A stretch of DNA of 64,000 bases from Octopus bimaculoides (GCF_001194135.2 NC_068991.1:77195817-77259816), one strand, 5' to 3'. Positions 12,231-25,933 are shown, counted from the stretch's first letter. The notes: generated by a model from the sequence alone, not told the origin. Numbers and translations are program-made.

Positions 12231-13465
12231 AAGCCAAAGGACAGAGAGGAGCTTGTACACTGACCAGCCCAGTACCATACACTTGGCAAAATAATTCTTG
12301 GTTCATAATGGCCCAACTTTGTGAAGTTGTTCCACTTAGAAAGTAGTAGAGGCATCATACGATTACTGAATGTTTTCTTATCTCTCCAAGGTTGTAACTT
12401 AAAAAGCAGTAGGCTACACCAGGTTTATTTGTTTTATATGCATGACATGAAGACAAAGTCTTGAATGGTATTCCAAGAATTTAATGGGTAATTGGATGCT
12501 TCATTCTTGATAGAGATTTAAATTAGTTTTGTTCAAAGAAGATAGTATAAAGTAGATTAAAGTTATACCTGTCAATCTCATCTGTGTCCATCATCTCATA
12601 TTTCTTGCTTCTGACCCCTTATATATTCTAACCCCTTATATATTTCGATTTTTACATCTGTGATCTGTTCAGTGTAGTTAAGACATTCGTTGATTATTTC
12701 TTTTTTTATGTTATGGCAGAGAGAGCATTACTTTAGATGAACAGAATAAATATATGTGAGTCTCTTTCATTGTGGATCTTTTACAGCTTTCTCACAAATC
12801 AAATCAAATTTAATTCTTTGTTGTATATAGAAGACTGAATTCTTCCTGATCTACATCAGGCTACAAATTTATATGACTGTAGGAATATGATATGTCTTTC
12901 ACAAGAGCATAAGCAATGTAATTTAAAGAGAAATGGCTTTAGCTATGAATCAAAATTGTGTTGTTGGTTTATCTTACTGAGAGCTATTTTGTTCTGTGGT
13001 GCACATGTAGAATTGTAGATGTCATTGTATAGAGCGAAACGTATGTATGTGTTATCAATTGCTAATAGGTGAACATTTCTTAAAATGTTCACAATGTGAA
13101 AATTCCCGCTTGGGCATAAATGATAGAAAACAAATTTTAGGTAAAGGCTCATATAAAAATATATGAAGTATACTCCAAATGTTATATCTGCTAACAAATA
13201 TGCATATACATCAACAAACAATACGTGAAATTACAGGTATTGCAAGAAGAGTGTTCTCTGTATTGCACATTATAATTGGTGAATGGTGTTTTTGCATGTG
13301 TTATGTTTGGAGTTACCTATGCTAGTCACTTGGAAAGGATGGTCTATGAGAAAAATATCTGCCCCAGATCCACCTTATTTTATAGAACTTACCACATTAC
13401 CTACCTCTTTGAAATTTCATATAATCTGAAATTCTCCTTTCTTTGAAAAAGCAATGTTTCTGTTC

Positions 13466-13695
13466 CTTTACTTGTTTTGGTCATTTGACTGTGGCCATGC
13501 TGGAGCACCGCCTTAAAATGTTATAGTTGAAGAAATCAACTCTAGGACTTATTCTTTGTAAGCCTAGTTCTTATTCTATTGGTCTCTTTTGCTGACCCAC
13601 TAAGTTACGGGCATGTAAACACACCAGCATTGGTTGTTAAGCAATGGTGGTGGTGGTGGTGGTGGGGGGAAACACAGACACACATAAATATACAC

Positions 13696-13741
<46 letters not shown>

Positions 13742-13762
13742 GGCTTCTTTCAGTTTCCATCA
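13466..13762 (-). mobile_element. SINE family A (3' half and middle, 5'-truncated)
   Basis: Reverse complement of 2530-2815, with (GGT)n and (TA)n inside. Confidence 0.9.
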
Positions 13763-14549
13763 GGTGAGTGAAAGCGCTATACCTATTTGTTAACCAGCAC
13801 CCTATTTGTTAACCAGGAGCCTGGAACAGGGTGCATGCATTTACTTGAGTAGGGGATAGTAATAGGTTTTTGAGATATTCTGATGTTTTGTATAACTTCT
13901 TTCCTATTTAGAATCTCACATATTTTTGAAAAAATGTTTTTATACTTTAATTTCTTTTTGCATATCATTTTATTTTAATTCTATATATAAAAGAACCTAT
14001 ATAATATACAAATTTCAGTATAAGCATGAAAGTTATTAACTTCATGACTCAAACTGTTAAATTGAACTCACAAGTACAACAGTTTCTCATTGGTGGATTA
14101 TTTGCAACAAGGAGCCATTATAATTTGAAACAAAACTAAATTGAAAAAAACATTAATTGATAATATTATTGTCCTGTGTAGGATATTAAATCATTTATTA
14201 AATGCAAAATTCAGAGCAAAACTCTACATACAATTGCAGATGTAACATAAAATATAGCAATATTCTAGAGTTGGTAGTTGAACTATTCTATATCTGTTCA
14301 AGATTATTATAGTAGTTACAATATCAGTCTTAGGATTCTTTCCTGCATACTACAAACAGCTGGTGAAAATAGTGCCACACTTATAACTTCTTTCTGAAGA
14401 TGACACTTAGAAAGCCTTAAATTGTTTATGCATTTCGGAACATCACTATTCCAAACTAAACATATGGATTAAGGACAACTCATTCATAAAGACATTAAAT
14501 TTGAACACAGTCTTGTCTTCAATATGAAGCGCTTGAATGAAAAGCTATT

Positions 14550-14589
<40 letters not shown>

Positions 14590-14707
14590 TATATACTTTT
14601 ATAAAACAAAATTTTACAAAATATATAGTATCTGTTAACAGTCTTAGCAAATTGTTGCTGCAATAAAGTATCTTCAATGCATTGATTTTGCGCTCTATCT
14701 TTTAAGA

Positions 14708-14746
<39 letters not shown>

Positions 14747-14755
14747 TATACACAC

Positions 14756-15090
14756 ATTATCATCATCATCATCATTTAACATCAATTGTCAACGTTGGCA
14801 TAATTTGGACGGTTTGGCCAGGTATGGTAAGCTGAGGGGCCAGGTATGGTAAGCACAGGAGCCAGTTGGGGTGGGGGTGGGGTCTTGGCCGATATTGATC
14901 ACATTCAGATGGTGCTTTTTACATGTCACCAGCACAGGACCCAGTCAGACAGCACTGGCATCGGCCACAACTACAATTTCCATTTTGATTTCAATTTGAT
15001 TGAGATTCTGATTGTGATTTTGATTTTGATTTTACTTGCCTCAATAGGTTTCCTCAAGCACAGTGTGCTGCCTGATAATTCAAAGGTACT
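14756..15090 (-). mobile_element. Family B variant, diverged
   Basis: (cat)n-ttaacatc tail, cagatggtgctttttacatgtcaccagcacagga.ccagtcag core. Confidence 0.7.
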
Positions 15091-15101
15091 TTTTAAATGG
15101 A

Positions 15102-15275
15102 TTCACTTGAACATTTAAGTTTAATTTGTGTCAAAATATTTTCATTGCTTTGAAACTGTGACCTGTTCACGGAGAAAACTTCATGATGCAGCACAAAGTT
15201 TTCTCAGTGAACAGGTCACAGTTTCAAAGCAATGAAAATATTTTGACACAAATCAAACTTAAATGTTGAAGTTAA
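15102..15275. repeat. About 170-bp near-perfect palindrome centred on TGCA at 15187-15190
   Basis: 15110-15181 pairs with 15196-15267 with only 2 mismatches in 72 bp. Pairing continues imperfectly inwards and outwards. Confidence 0.95.
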
Positions 15276-15347
15276 TCTAACGGTTTTTGTGTATTCTTAA
15301 ATGACTTATAAAACATCTTCCATGCTGCAATTGTGGAATATATATAT

Positions 15348-15530
15348 AAAAGCACCTACTACACTCTCTGAGTGGTTGGCGTTAGGAAGGGCATCCAGCT
15401 GTAGAAACTCTGCCAAATTTAGATTGGAGCCTGGTGTTGCCATCCGGTTTCACCAGTCCTCAGTCAAGTCGTCCAACCCATGCTAGCATGGAAAGCGGAC
15501 GTTAAACGATGATGATGATGATGATGATGA
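15348..15530 (+). mobile_element. Family B 3' part, young-looking
   Basis: Nearly identical to the reverse complement of 4031-4235. Ends gcggacgttaaac(gat)n. Confidence 0.9.
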
Positions 15531-17076
15531 TATATATGCATACACACACACACACACACATATACTGACACACAAATATGTGTGTGTGTTTGTTTGTTAT
15601 ACTATCAGTTATATTGTAAATGTTGTCTAGTTTTGTTTGTCTTTGCTGCTTTTGTAGCAGATTAATAAAATGTTATTTATTTGACTTTGTTTTCAATTTT
15701 CTTTCTTATCTAACTCTTCCAGCTTTTAAACTTAAACATATGATTGTGTGTTTCATGCAATAGGTTAATTAAATATTCTTATTTACTTTAGGATTTTATG
15801 AAGCAAAGTCATTACATCTTTCTGTTTCTCATGGTATTTTAACCACCAAACATTTTCAATACAATTCTAGCAAAAAATTTCAGGAGAATCCTTGTGACTG
15901 GTTTCCTCTACAGTTTTTGAAGTTTTGTTTTTGTTTATTTATTGGAAGCAGAATATGCTGCTTTTGGAATTTTTGAATCTCTCCATCTTCCCTATATAGA
16001 TCCCAAGCTCTCAATTCCAAATTTACTATGCTTCAGGCATTTCATTCTGTCTTTGGATAGTACAATTAATTTGACACATTTTAGTTTACCTTAACTGTTG
16101 AGAACAGGTAACCAAATCATCTGGGATTGTTACCTGATTTAAACTGGCATTGATTTTTATTGATAATATTGCTGATTATAGCTGTATGATAAATTGGTTT
16201 ACAGAATTGGATAAGTCTCCATTGTTTAGAGCTGACCTAATGGTCAATGACTCTGTGAAACAGAAATATGTTTGCATTCAAGATTTAGAGACTGCTTACT
16301 TCCAAATTCGAATTCATTCCAGTAGATAATTTATATAGAGTGTTTGAAGTTAACAGAAGGTTGTATCAATTACAAAGGTTCCATTTAGGGTCATGTATAG
16401 TGTTTCCATGTATCAGTATATATGATTGAAGATTTTATTGAGCAATGCTCACTCAAGAACACACACACACATATATATATATATATGTGGATAATGCATG
16501 GTCGGCAGTACATGAATAATGAGGCACATGACAGACAGCCTGAAAATCTGCTAATGAATTTCGGTTTAGTTTAATAATAGCAAAAACATTATTAATGTTA
16601 AAGAATTTAATATTACTATATCTCTCAAGAGAATTTACAACTTGATTCAGAAAGACTGAATTTATTTAAAGAACTGCCATTTCTTCACAATAATTTACAT
16701 ATATCTCCATTGTACCATAGGACGTTTCAATTACTCCTCATAATGCATAATTAAGTTCTGATAATATTCTACTCTTCAATCAGAATTAGATATTTTCATT
16801 ATCACAAACTTTTCAGAACACATTTGAAAGATTTTGATAAAGTAATTGAACATGCAACTCTGGTTTCTATCAACAAAGACATTGAATTCATATTGGAAAC
16901 AAGTACACTGGAAAGTGGCATTGCTGTTACTGTGAACTAATTTGGAGTCATGTTTTTATATTCATTATATTAGTAAAAACAACACAGAAACTGTAAAGGA
17001 TATCAGCAATCATTTTACTCAATTATTTTACCCTTCCCACCACCACCACCACCACACATACATACACATACCTACA

Positions 17077-17117
<41 letters not shown>

Positions 17118-17149
17118 TTGTGTGTGTGTGTGTGTGTGTTTGTGCATGG

Positions 17150-17490
17150 TTTGAAGACACTCTCAAAGACCAAGAGTGCACAAAGTCGAGAGACTTCAGC
17201 ATGATGGATCGTATATTCACACTAACACAGCTTATAGAATGAGTGAAAGAATACAAGCTGCCTCAGTGCATCTCTTTTGTCAACTACGAAAAGGCCTTTT
17301 ATGGCATCAAAATGAAGGCAGAGCTGAAATCTTTGGAAATGCAAAGGTGTCAAGGTGCAATGCACCAAACTGCTCAGGGATGCAAATTCTGGACGCCTCA
17401 CTGATATTTCTACTATCACTATCTTTAAGAGTTTCAACTGAGAATGGTGCCAAGCAAGGAGATACCATCTCACCAAAGCTCTTCACTGCA
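17150..17490 (+). mobile_element. RTE-clade LINE reverse-transcriptase fragment (pseudogenic)
   Basis: DFSMMDRIFTLTQLIE*VKEYKLPQCISFVNYEKAF...LKSLEMQ, then ENGAKQGDTISPKLFTA. These match the RT motifs FVDYEKAFD and GVRQGD.ISPKLF typical of RTE. Confidence 0.85.
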
Positions 17491-17617
17491 TGTACAGAAA
17501 TTATTTCAGATATATCTACATATATATATATTTCTACACATATGCACATACTATGTATTATATCTGTCTGTCTGTCTTTCTGTCTGCTTGCCTGCCTATA
17601 TGTATGTATGTATATAT

Positions 17618-17960
17618 ATCATCATCACCGTCATCATCATTTAACGTCCGTTTTCCATGCTGGCATGGGATGGACGGTTTGATAGGTCTGGAGAGCCAGC
17701 AGATGCACCAGGCTCCAGTCTGATCTGGTAATGTTTCTACAGCTGGATGCCCTTCCTAACACCAACCACTCCGAGAGTGTAGTGGTTGCTTTTTACATGT
17801 CACTGGCACAGGAGCCAGTCAGGCGGGTCTGGCATTGATCACGTTCGGCTAATGCTTTTTATGTGCCACTGGCACGGGAGCCAGTCAGTGGGTACTGGCA
17901 TCAGTCACGTTTGGTTGGTGCATTTTACGTGCCGCCAGCACGGGAGCCAGTCTGAGGATA
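17618..17960 (-). mobile_element. Family B with internal repeated units (actggcacgggagccagtcag)
   Basis: (cat)n-ttaacgtccgttttccatgctggcatggg tail, core, and three copies of the internal unit. Confidence 0.9.
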
Positions 17961-19149
17961 CTGGGGGTACTATATATATGTTCATATACACACACTCACT
18001 CTTAATTTTTCTTCCTTCTTCTCTATGTGCCATCAGATCAACAAATGGCCCCTAGTGATTTCTTTGATAAGTGTTCACCACTGTGATTAGTTTTGGGCAG
18101 TTCCCAGCAGCTGATGTACATGTCAGTTGCCCATTTATTGTTTCACATCATCAGCATCCATTTCTAAATAAGAGTTGTCCTATGGAAGACTTCTCTACTT
18201 ATTAAATTACCTCAGCCAAAGGGAAAAATCAGAATTTAACACTAATAATAGATATCTTCCTGCAGCTATTAACACATTTAGTCACTTCTCTTTTGAAATG
18301 CAAAAACAATCATGAAAGACTTTGGGATGCTTTTCTGAAAGAGTGTCTGCATTTGTTAGTGCAGAATTTAGAATCTTGTTTCAGGCTAGGATAATCTCTG
18401 TGTAAGCATTATGTTAAAGTTATTTGGTAACATGTTTTACTTGCATTTCATTCTTTGAATTGAAAAAAAACAAAATATACTGGGAGATGATTCCTGATGA
18501 TTCTCTTCGCAAAGTAAACTCCCTCTTATCCACAAGTATGAGCATTACTCCCCATCAGAGATATTTTAATCATCCCCTTTAGAGAATTACTGCCAGTCAC
18601 TCCTTTCTTGGATGTGCAAGCCTGATAAGGTCCCTTTTAAATATATTTTGAGAAACTATTATTATGTTCCTCTTTTGGGTGCGATACAGCTATTAGAAGG
18701 TAATCTATAATGTGTATTCATTAGATTTGATGAAGAATGCTATCAAAAGTTTCTCCTCAAGATTTGGTTCCCTCCAGAAAGGATTTCACTAGAAGTCATG
18801 GTCATAATATTAACAATGGCGCAGCTCTTAATTTTAATACATTGCTTCTAACACCTGATGTAACTTCTATAGCAGTATTGATTAATCGGTTTCTTCAAAT
18901 GATATCAGATACACCCTACAGCTCTAAACAAAGATTCTGATCAACTTCCTTCAACTACACATGTTTCCACGAACAGAAATATTATCATAAAAACTCACCT
19001 ACACTGACTTTCTTATACTACTTGTACTCATTTTAACAATCCCAGCAACTTAAAAACAACCAAATGTAGCAGAATTTGATATTAGATTGCAGAGAGATTT
19101 GAATCTGTTACTGAGATGTATTTAGTCCAGTGTTTCACCATTTTTATCA

Positions 19150-19400
19150 CTCGATTGTCTTGTTTCTCTGGTTGTTTGCCTTCATCTGTTAATATATACA
19201 TACATTAACTATGCAGGTATAAAGATGTGTTGTTAGATATAAGAAGAAGGTTCAGAATAAGAACTCCAGATATTCCAATTACAGCAGGAGTTTTCAACAA
19301 TCTGTCGACTAATTTTGAATATAAAACCTTGAACAATTCCTAAGATTATTCAAAGAGTTCTGTATAGAAAAATCTGCCTTGCTGGATACAGCCTATTATA
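19150..19400 (+). mobile_element. Possible Helitron Rep-helicase linker remnant
   Basis: GCLPSSV...L.RYKDVLLDIRRRFRIRTPDIPITAGVFN loosely resembles the Helitron 'C.PS.P..LW..YKD.MSEDI..R.R....I.N' segment. Weak, by-eye match. Confidence 0.25.
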
Positions 19401-19837
19401 AGACATGGATTAATGATGTAGCAACCACCCCTAAGTAAGCAGCAGCAGAAGCATCTAACTTTATGGTGTTTTTTTTCTTTGTTTGTTTGCTTTTTTTATG
19501 GTGTGGAGTAACTATATGTACAAATATACAGCCATAATAAATAAATAAAAAAGAAAACCATTGATAAATTGAGAAGAAAAAGGAGGATGAGGAGTGGAGG
19601 GGGAAGCCGAAGAAAAATATAATCCCACAATATATTGATTAATTGAACTGAACTGTTGGATTAACTAACAATTGTCTGCAAAATTTCTCTTAACTTAGAT
19701 CCCCAAGATCTTATAGATTCAATTTAAAGTTCAACATTTTGTAGAGGCCACATTGACAACATATACAATTTTTATAGCAAAGAGAGATGCTTGGCTCATT
19801 CAAAGACTATCACAAAAAGACTCCTTCCATACAATAG

Positions 19838-19838
19838 A

Positions 19839-19886
<48 letters not shown>

Positions 19887-20016
19887 GTACATTTGTGTGT
19901 TGATGTGTGTTTATCTTTGAATGTGCTTGTCTCTATGTGATTTTGTATGTATGTGGCTATATACGGGTGAATGTATTTAGCTATATGCATGTATAATATT
20001 ATGTATGTGTTTGTAT

Positions 20017-20104
<88 letters not shown>
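19838..20104. repeat. (CA)n at 19838-19883 and long (GT)n at about 20020-20104
   Basis: Direct reading. Confidence 0.95.
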
Positions 20105-20106
<2 letters not shown>

Positions 20107-21284
20107 ATTCATATATGTTTGTGTGTATGAGTGTATGTGCCTATTTGTAAGCTGAAAACGTTGCTGTAATACAGCCATTTTGATTTCACCATTCTACCAT
20201 TTTCTGCTCTGAATCATTCAGTCCTAGTGCCACAGGTGAAACGTACTTTACAAGGACACAGCAACAGTGAGCGAGCAGGTTTAAACTATCTGATACTGCC
20301 ATGATCGTTTTATTGATTTATTGGAAAAAGCAGTGCTTGTTATGTATTTATTTATTTGTTTATTGTTACACTGCTGCTTGCTGTGTATGGTCGGTCAGTC
20401 TCTTCAAACAGGTTTTTCATTGTCGACTTCTTCGCCCCCGCCTCGTCGTTATCTGCTGAAGTAGCTCTGATGCTGTTGTCTCTATCATCAGCTCCAGTGC
20501 CTACTGTCCATCCATTATTGTTGTCATCTTATCACCTTCACCACACATCTGCACCCATTTCCTCTGTTTTGACCCACCTCCTTTCCATTGTCTCAGACGC
20601 TTCCCCTGTTATAAACAGCACCACTAGAAACCTCCAAAATCATCATCGCTGCTGCTGCTACCACTACTATCATCCCCACCAAACCCTATCACTAATTCTA
20701 CTGACATCCTCCCCACCAACACCACCAGTGCCGCCATCATCCTCCCCATCATCCTCCCCACCATCCTCCCCATCAGCATCACCAGCATCGTAATCACTAT
20801 AGATAACAGTAGCACTCTGTGATCATCTACTGCTTCATTAGTAACACTCCAAATCAGGAAAACATAATTACCACTACAATGCCATCGTCTCCTGTGTCAT
20901 GTCTCTCCACTTCTGCCTCTTCATTAGTTTCATAATTTTTATCATAACCATCACGCCATATCCTCCTCCTCCTCCTGTCCCTTCCCCACCATTCTAGGGC
21001 TTATTCCGTTGACTGTTCTAAAGTGACGTTCATGTTTTCCAACAAACACTAGACACAATACAAGGCTTATTTCCACAATTAATGCAGCAAATTAATCAAA
21101 TTGACTAAATTGATGTAACAGTGTATTACTGCTACTTATTCTATAAACTCTTAAAGGTTCAAGGATCAAGAATCAATATTATTGGGAAAGTTTGCACTGA
21201 AAAATACAAGGAACACAGCTAAATCCTGTGAGGTGCATGCTTATATATATATCATGGTATTGACCAGACTATCAGATATTGTTA

Positions 21285-21525
21285 TACTTTGCTGGTCACA
21301 ATGTGCTTTGCATTGGTTTTGCCTTTGAATCATACCACCCAACTGGCTAAGCAAGCAGTCCAACATTCCCTCTGATCACAGAGCTGTTCTGTCGCAGGAA
21401 CACCCGTTTACTACTGAGTGAACTGGAGCAATGTGAAATGAACTGTTTTGCTCAAAATCACAATGCGTCACCCAGTCTGGGAATTGAACCCATAATCTAA
21501 CAATTTTGAGTGCAAAACACTTTCT
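21285..21525 (-). mobile_element. Degenerate tRNA-derived SINE (additional family)
   Basis: gagtgaactggagcaatgtgaaatgaactgttttgctcaa...gggaattgaaccc contains a reversed B-box-like head. Confidence 0.55.
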
Positions 21526-22733
21526 TTTGATACCACTTCACACAACCATAATTACTCTGGTTTTGCCTTTTTATGGGATTATAATTTTAGATAGTAAGAG
21601 TGATGGAAGTTACAAATTCATGGTAATTCATTACTTGAATGCAAAGTTAAATTTTAGCGTAAAGTTAATGAAAATAAAGTTATAATTCTTTTCTATCCAA
21701 GTTGAATGATCCTTTGAAACCTATCAACCATGGACCTGAGATAAGAACAGCTACTTTTCAAATATATTAACTTTTTATACAATCAGTTGTTTAATTTTTC
21801 TTCATGTTTTAGTTTATCAGTTTCAGATGTGTAAAAAGTAAAGATTTGAACTCAGGAACACAGGCAGTAATACTGTCGTCTTCTTCATCTATAATGCTCT
21901 CTGGAATACTAATGGGTCTTTTTCTTTTTCCTTAAGTGCTGATCGAAGGTGTTTCATCTGTGACCATCCAGTTCTTTTTTAAGGTATAATGTATCCAGGA
22001 CTACATTACCCTGGTTGTTCTGAGTTCAAACCCTGCCAAGGTCAACTCTGCCTTTCATTCTTTCAGAGTGGATAAAAGACATACTAATGCAGTGTCGTGA
22101 ACAAGCAAAGCTTGAAGATCATTGAATCAACACCTTGCTGCTCTTGCTTAGGTTTTTTGCATTCTGTGTTCAAATTCCACCCTAGCCTACTTGGGTGATA
22201 GACTTAATCTGCGACTTGGTCTGACACCACCACCACTTGGCACATTGAGGGCTTATAGTGGAATTGTCTCTGTTACAAACATTCTGGTTTGAAGAGACCA
22301 TCTTCCACCCATCGTACTTCTCTCTCGCCTTATTTATTTAAATTTTATAAATGGTGGACAAAATCAAATCTGGCAGGTTTACTGTTAGAATTTTTTGGCT
22401 GTAAATTTATATGAAATTTTGCGATTAAGGCAACATTTCTAAATATTCAACCTCTGGTCCTCCTGAAATGTTAGTGTTCCACCTATCACTTCAACTCAAC
22501 TCACTGTACGAGGGTCATCTTAAGAAGCAGTCTAGACACCTGGGCAAAGCAACATACTCAGGCCCCATTTATTTATTGACAGCAAAGTACGGTATACATG
22601 AATTAGTATCAGTCCCCTAAAACCTATGGGATTTCTGGACAACTCCCCAGTGTGTCCATACCTTCAGATGGAACTGCTTTGTTAAACAAAGGCTTCTTTC
22701 AATCCACTAAGGAAAGTCAAAAGGTAAAATTAC

Positions 22734-22808
22734 CTGTAACAGGGTTTGATATCAGAATAAGTGGAGATGCTATGCAATACTGAAAGAACTTTACCATTTC
22801 TGTTGCAG
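22734..22808 (-). other. Candidate 75-nt exon (unverified)
   Basis: Very strong acceptor (ttctttttttctttttag) and donor (acag|gtaatt). Length is a multiple of 3 and two frames are open (xATEMVKFFQYCIASPLILISNPVT or CNRNGKVLSVLHSISTYSDIKPCY). Confidence 0.3.
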
Positions 22809-23089
22809 CTAAAAAGAAAAAAAGAAAAAAAAAAAGAATGATGAAACACAAAAGTCAGTCTTGGTAAAATAAGAATTAAAATGCACAATTCTAGTCTTGT
22901 TCTTGTGGAAGTGAGTGGGATGGCATGCATTAAATAATACCAAGCGATTTTAAATGGCTACTTGTATGTTAGATAAATGAGAGGAATTTATAAAGTCATT
23001 GAAATAATAATAGGCATTTTCTGTGTTATTTTGAATTTTTAAATCTTTACAAAGACTATTTTCAGTTCAGCAGATCATCTCCATGTATT

Positions 23090-23155
23090 ATACATCACCA
23101 TCACTATCACCATCATCATCACCATCATCATCACCATCATCACCATCATCATCAC

Positions 23156-23187
<32 letters not shown>

Positions 23188-23280
23188 CCATCATCATCAC
23201 CATCATCATCATCATCACCATCATCATCACCATCATCACCATCATCATCATTGTCATCGTCATCGTTGTCATAATCATTG
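23090..23280. repeat. Compound (CAT)/(CAC) trinucleotide array
   Basis: Direct reading. Explains the poly-S/D/M ORFs in the track. Confidence 0.95.
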
Positions 23281-23574
23281 AACAAAATGTTAGCTGAAAA
23301 ATTATATACACAAAAAGCTACAACACCTAATCGAAAGAATAGTATAAGTTATGTGCCAAGTGGAATTATTAAATGTAGGCAATTAATTTGGAAGTCAAAC
23401 AGGAACAACAATCCTGCTGCCACCCTTTATTTGGAGGTCGTCAGTGGGAGTTTCAGCCATTGTGATGCCAGAGTGCAATTACAACTCAAAATAATAAGGA
23501 TGAAAGCCATATATGTGAGTGCATGTGTATTTGTGTGTGTGTGTGTGTACATACATGTGCATGCATGCATGCAC

Positions 23575-23578
23575 AACA

Positions 23579-23624
<46 letters not shown>

Positions 23625-23684
23625 ATTATGTGTTTGTGTATATTTGTGCCTCTGCATGCATTTTGTTTGCATGAATAAGTGTGT

Positions 23685-23723
<39 letters not shown>

Positions 23724-23740
23724 TGTGTGTGTGTGTGTGT
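23575..23740. repeat. (CA)n, then (GA)n(GT)n microsatellites; further (CA)n at 23886-23922 and (CA)n(CT)n at 24044-24128
   Basis: Direct reading. Confidence 0.95.
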
Positions 23741-23884
23741 TATTTGTAAGAAGTGGGTAGGGTTTAGAGCAAGGAGTAAGAAAGAGAAAATTATCCACAT
23801 TACATTTAAACATGTCAGTTGCTACAATCCTCTGAAAAATCTCTAATGAAGGTTTACAGAGGTGTTTTGCTAGTAATTACTAGT

Positions 23885-23925
<41 letters not shown>

Positions 23926-24043
23926 CCTCTACACTATTCAAACATTTACAATTTTGTGTGCTAATTTACATATTTGTGTATGCTAATGCACATTCCCACA
24001 CATGATCACACATACTCCACTATAGGTACACACAGTTCGTCAT

Positions 24044-24106
<63 letters not shown>

Positions 24107-25309
24107 CTCTCTCTCTCTCTCTCTCTCTCCTTCTCTTTTCCTCTACCTCAATCTTTCACATGTACAGAATATATTGACAAAGACACTCACAGACAAAACA
24201 GATAACTATATTCTCACAAACAGCAGGGTATGTGTGTGTGTGTGCATGACAGGGTGGGAGAGAGAGAGAGAGAGTGTGTGTATACCTATCATACATACAC
24301 CATTGTATTCCTTATACCTGCATGCATGTATACTTGTGTGTTTATATTTGCAGTGGGTATACACTTGCATTTGATATTACTTTAACTTACAAACATCTAC
24401 ATGCACACATGCACACATGCACATTTACATACACCTATGCATACACTTACAAACAGTATAAACATTATTCAAGACTATGCTAGAAATATAAAGAATGTCA
24501 CTGTAAAAGAGAAAATCAAAACTGGAATGGTAAAGACACCAATGGCAACAACAGCAACAACCACAGCATTTATAATGACAGCAGTAAAATCCTGCAAAGG
24601 TGAAGGTAAAAAAAGAAAAAAAGATGTTTCTTCACTCAGAGCTAATTGGTCAATATTGCGAAAGGAAGGAAGGCATTGGATTAAGCATTATCATGATGTA
24701 GAGTATCTTGAATTTTTTGAGTTCTGGGTCAGATTACCAGGGTTAATAGTAGTGTCAGTGGTAATAGTAGTGGTGCTAATGTCGATGGGGGACAGTGGTA
24801 GAAGGGAGATGAGGATAATTAGCGAGCTGCAGCTTGTCACACATCACAAAATTTGACCATTAACAGGTTCAAAAGCTACCCTTTTATTTATACCCTGATT
24901 TAGGGTAAACCTTTCCTTGATATTGCCACACTACTTGGCATAGTCTCACAGAGGCAATGAAAAGCTCGTTTCCACCTTCACTGAAGACTTATCATCATTT
25001 TAAGATTCATATCAGCAATGGCTTATTTCTTGTCAATATGTTACGCTTGACACTCTAGAAGTTGTAGCTAAATCTGCTCCACATGGTTCCCTAGCACCTT
25101 AAAGAAACACAGATGCATAGCATTATGCAGTTCTAGCTGTAATATATCTGAAAATAAAATGGAATTGTCATGGTTGGAATGCCCTTGAATATGGGCCTCC
25201 TCAGTCAGGGTTGACTTGGAATTAGATTACTACAACCACACTGAAATCATCATACAGATATTTTAATAGTATCGCTAATGAGCTAACGAGAGAGCTTCTT
25301 TGAAATGAA

Positions 25310-25470
25310 GTCAACCCGCAAAGAACAGCAGCCGAATGTACTTCAAATCATACCCTACTCTCTCAGAAAAAAGATACATTTGGTAACATGGTGTTGGGTT
25401 ACCTGCTCATACGAAGAGGATGGTTGGAGTGTCTTTGATCAGAGCTGATCTGAAACTAAACAACAACATT
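25310..25470 (+). repeat. Short interspersed repeat family D; other copies near 31490 (+), 33400, 33650, 34070 (-), 60160 (+), 62355, 63590 (-)
   Basis: Shared diverged motif ctagaaata.cagc.aaatct...aaatcat.cc and ggttggagtgtcttt.atca.a across the copies. Confidence 0.55.
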
Positions 25471-25765
25471 AACATCATTATTTAATGTATTTTGCATCAG
25501 TACCACCACAATCCCCTTCCTCCCTCCCCCTCCTCCATCATCTTGCAATCATTATCATATTTCTGGTATTCCTACGTTTTCCAGCAACTACCACATCATC
25601 GTCATCATCATCATCATCATCATAAACAGCATACCGTGAAGAACAATAGTCACCACTAAAAATCTTATGACCATCCCCTCACTTTGACAATCCCTTCACC
25701 ACAAATAATACAAACACCAATACCACTATAACTACTCTTGCAATTGACTACCGTTGCCCCCTCCC

Positions 25766-25834
25766 NNNNNNNNNNNNNNNNNNNNNNNNNNNNNNNNNNN
25801 NNNNNNNNNNNNNNNNNNNNNNNNNNNNNNNNNN
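25766..25834. other. Assembly gap
   Basis: N run. Confidence 1.
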
Positions 25835-25933
25835 CCCTCCCCCGTGCCCCCTCTGCATCTCTGCCATGACAGTAACCACTTCTTACACCAGAATTGCATC
25901 TTCTTCACCTCAACCTCCACCTCTACTCACTGT

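Noticed and set aside
17176-17682. 168-aa ORF
   Set aside because: It is a chance fusion of off-frame and in-frame RTE RT remnants with microsatellite and SINE tail sequence.
18060-19050. Coding-like composition suggesting a decayed transposase
   Set aside because: No diagnostic motif could be assembled in any frame on either strand.
20356-20793. 145-aa ORF with a hydrophobic start and Pro/Ser tail
   Set aside because: Non-ATG start, and the second half is degenerate CAT/CAC/CCA low-complexity sequence. No splice or domain support.
22508-22700. Mariner-like end (tacgagggtcatc...)
   Set aside because: Only a short TIR-like start with no partner repeat or convincing coding motif.
23075-23311. 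Poly-M, poly-S and poly-D ORFs
   Set aside because: These are translations of a (CAT/CAC)n array.
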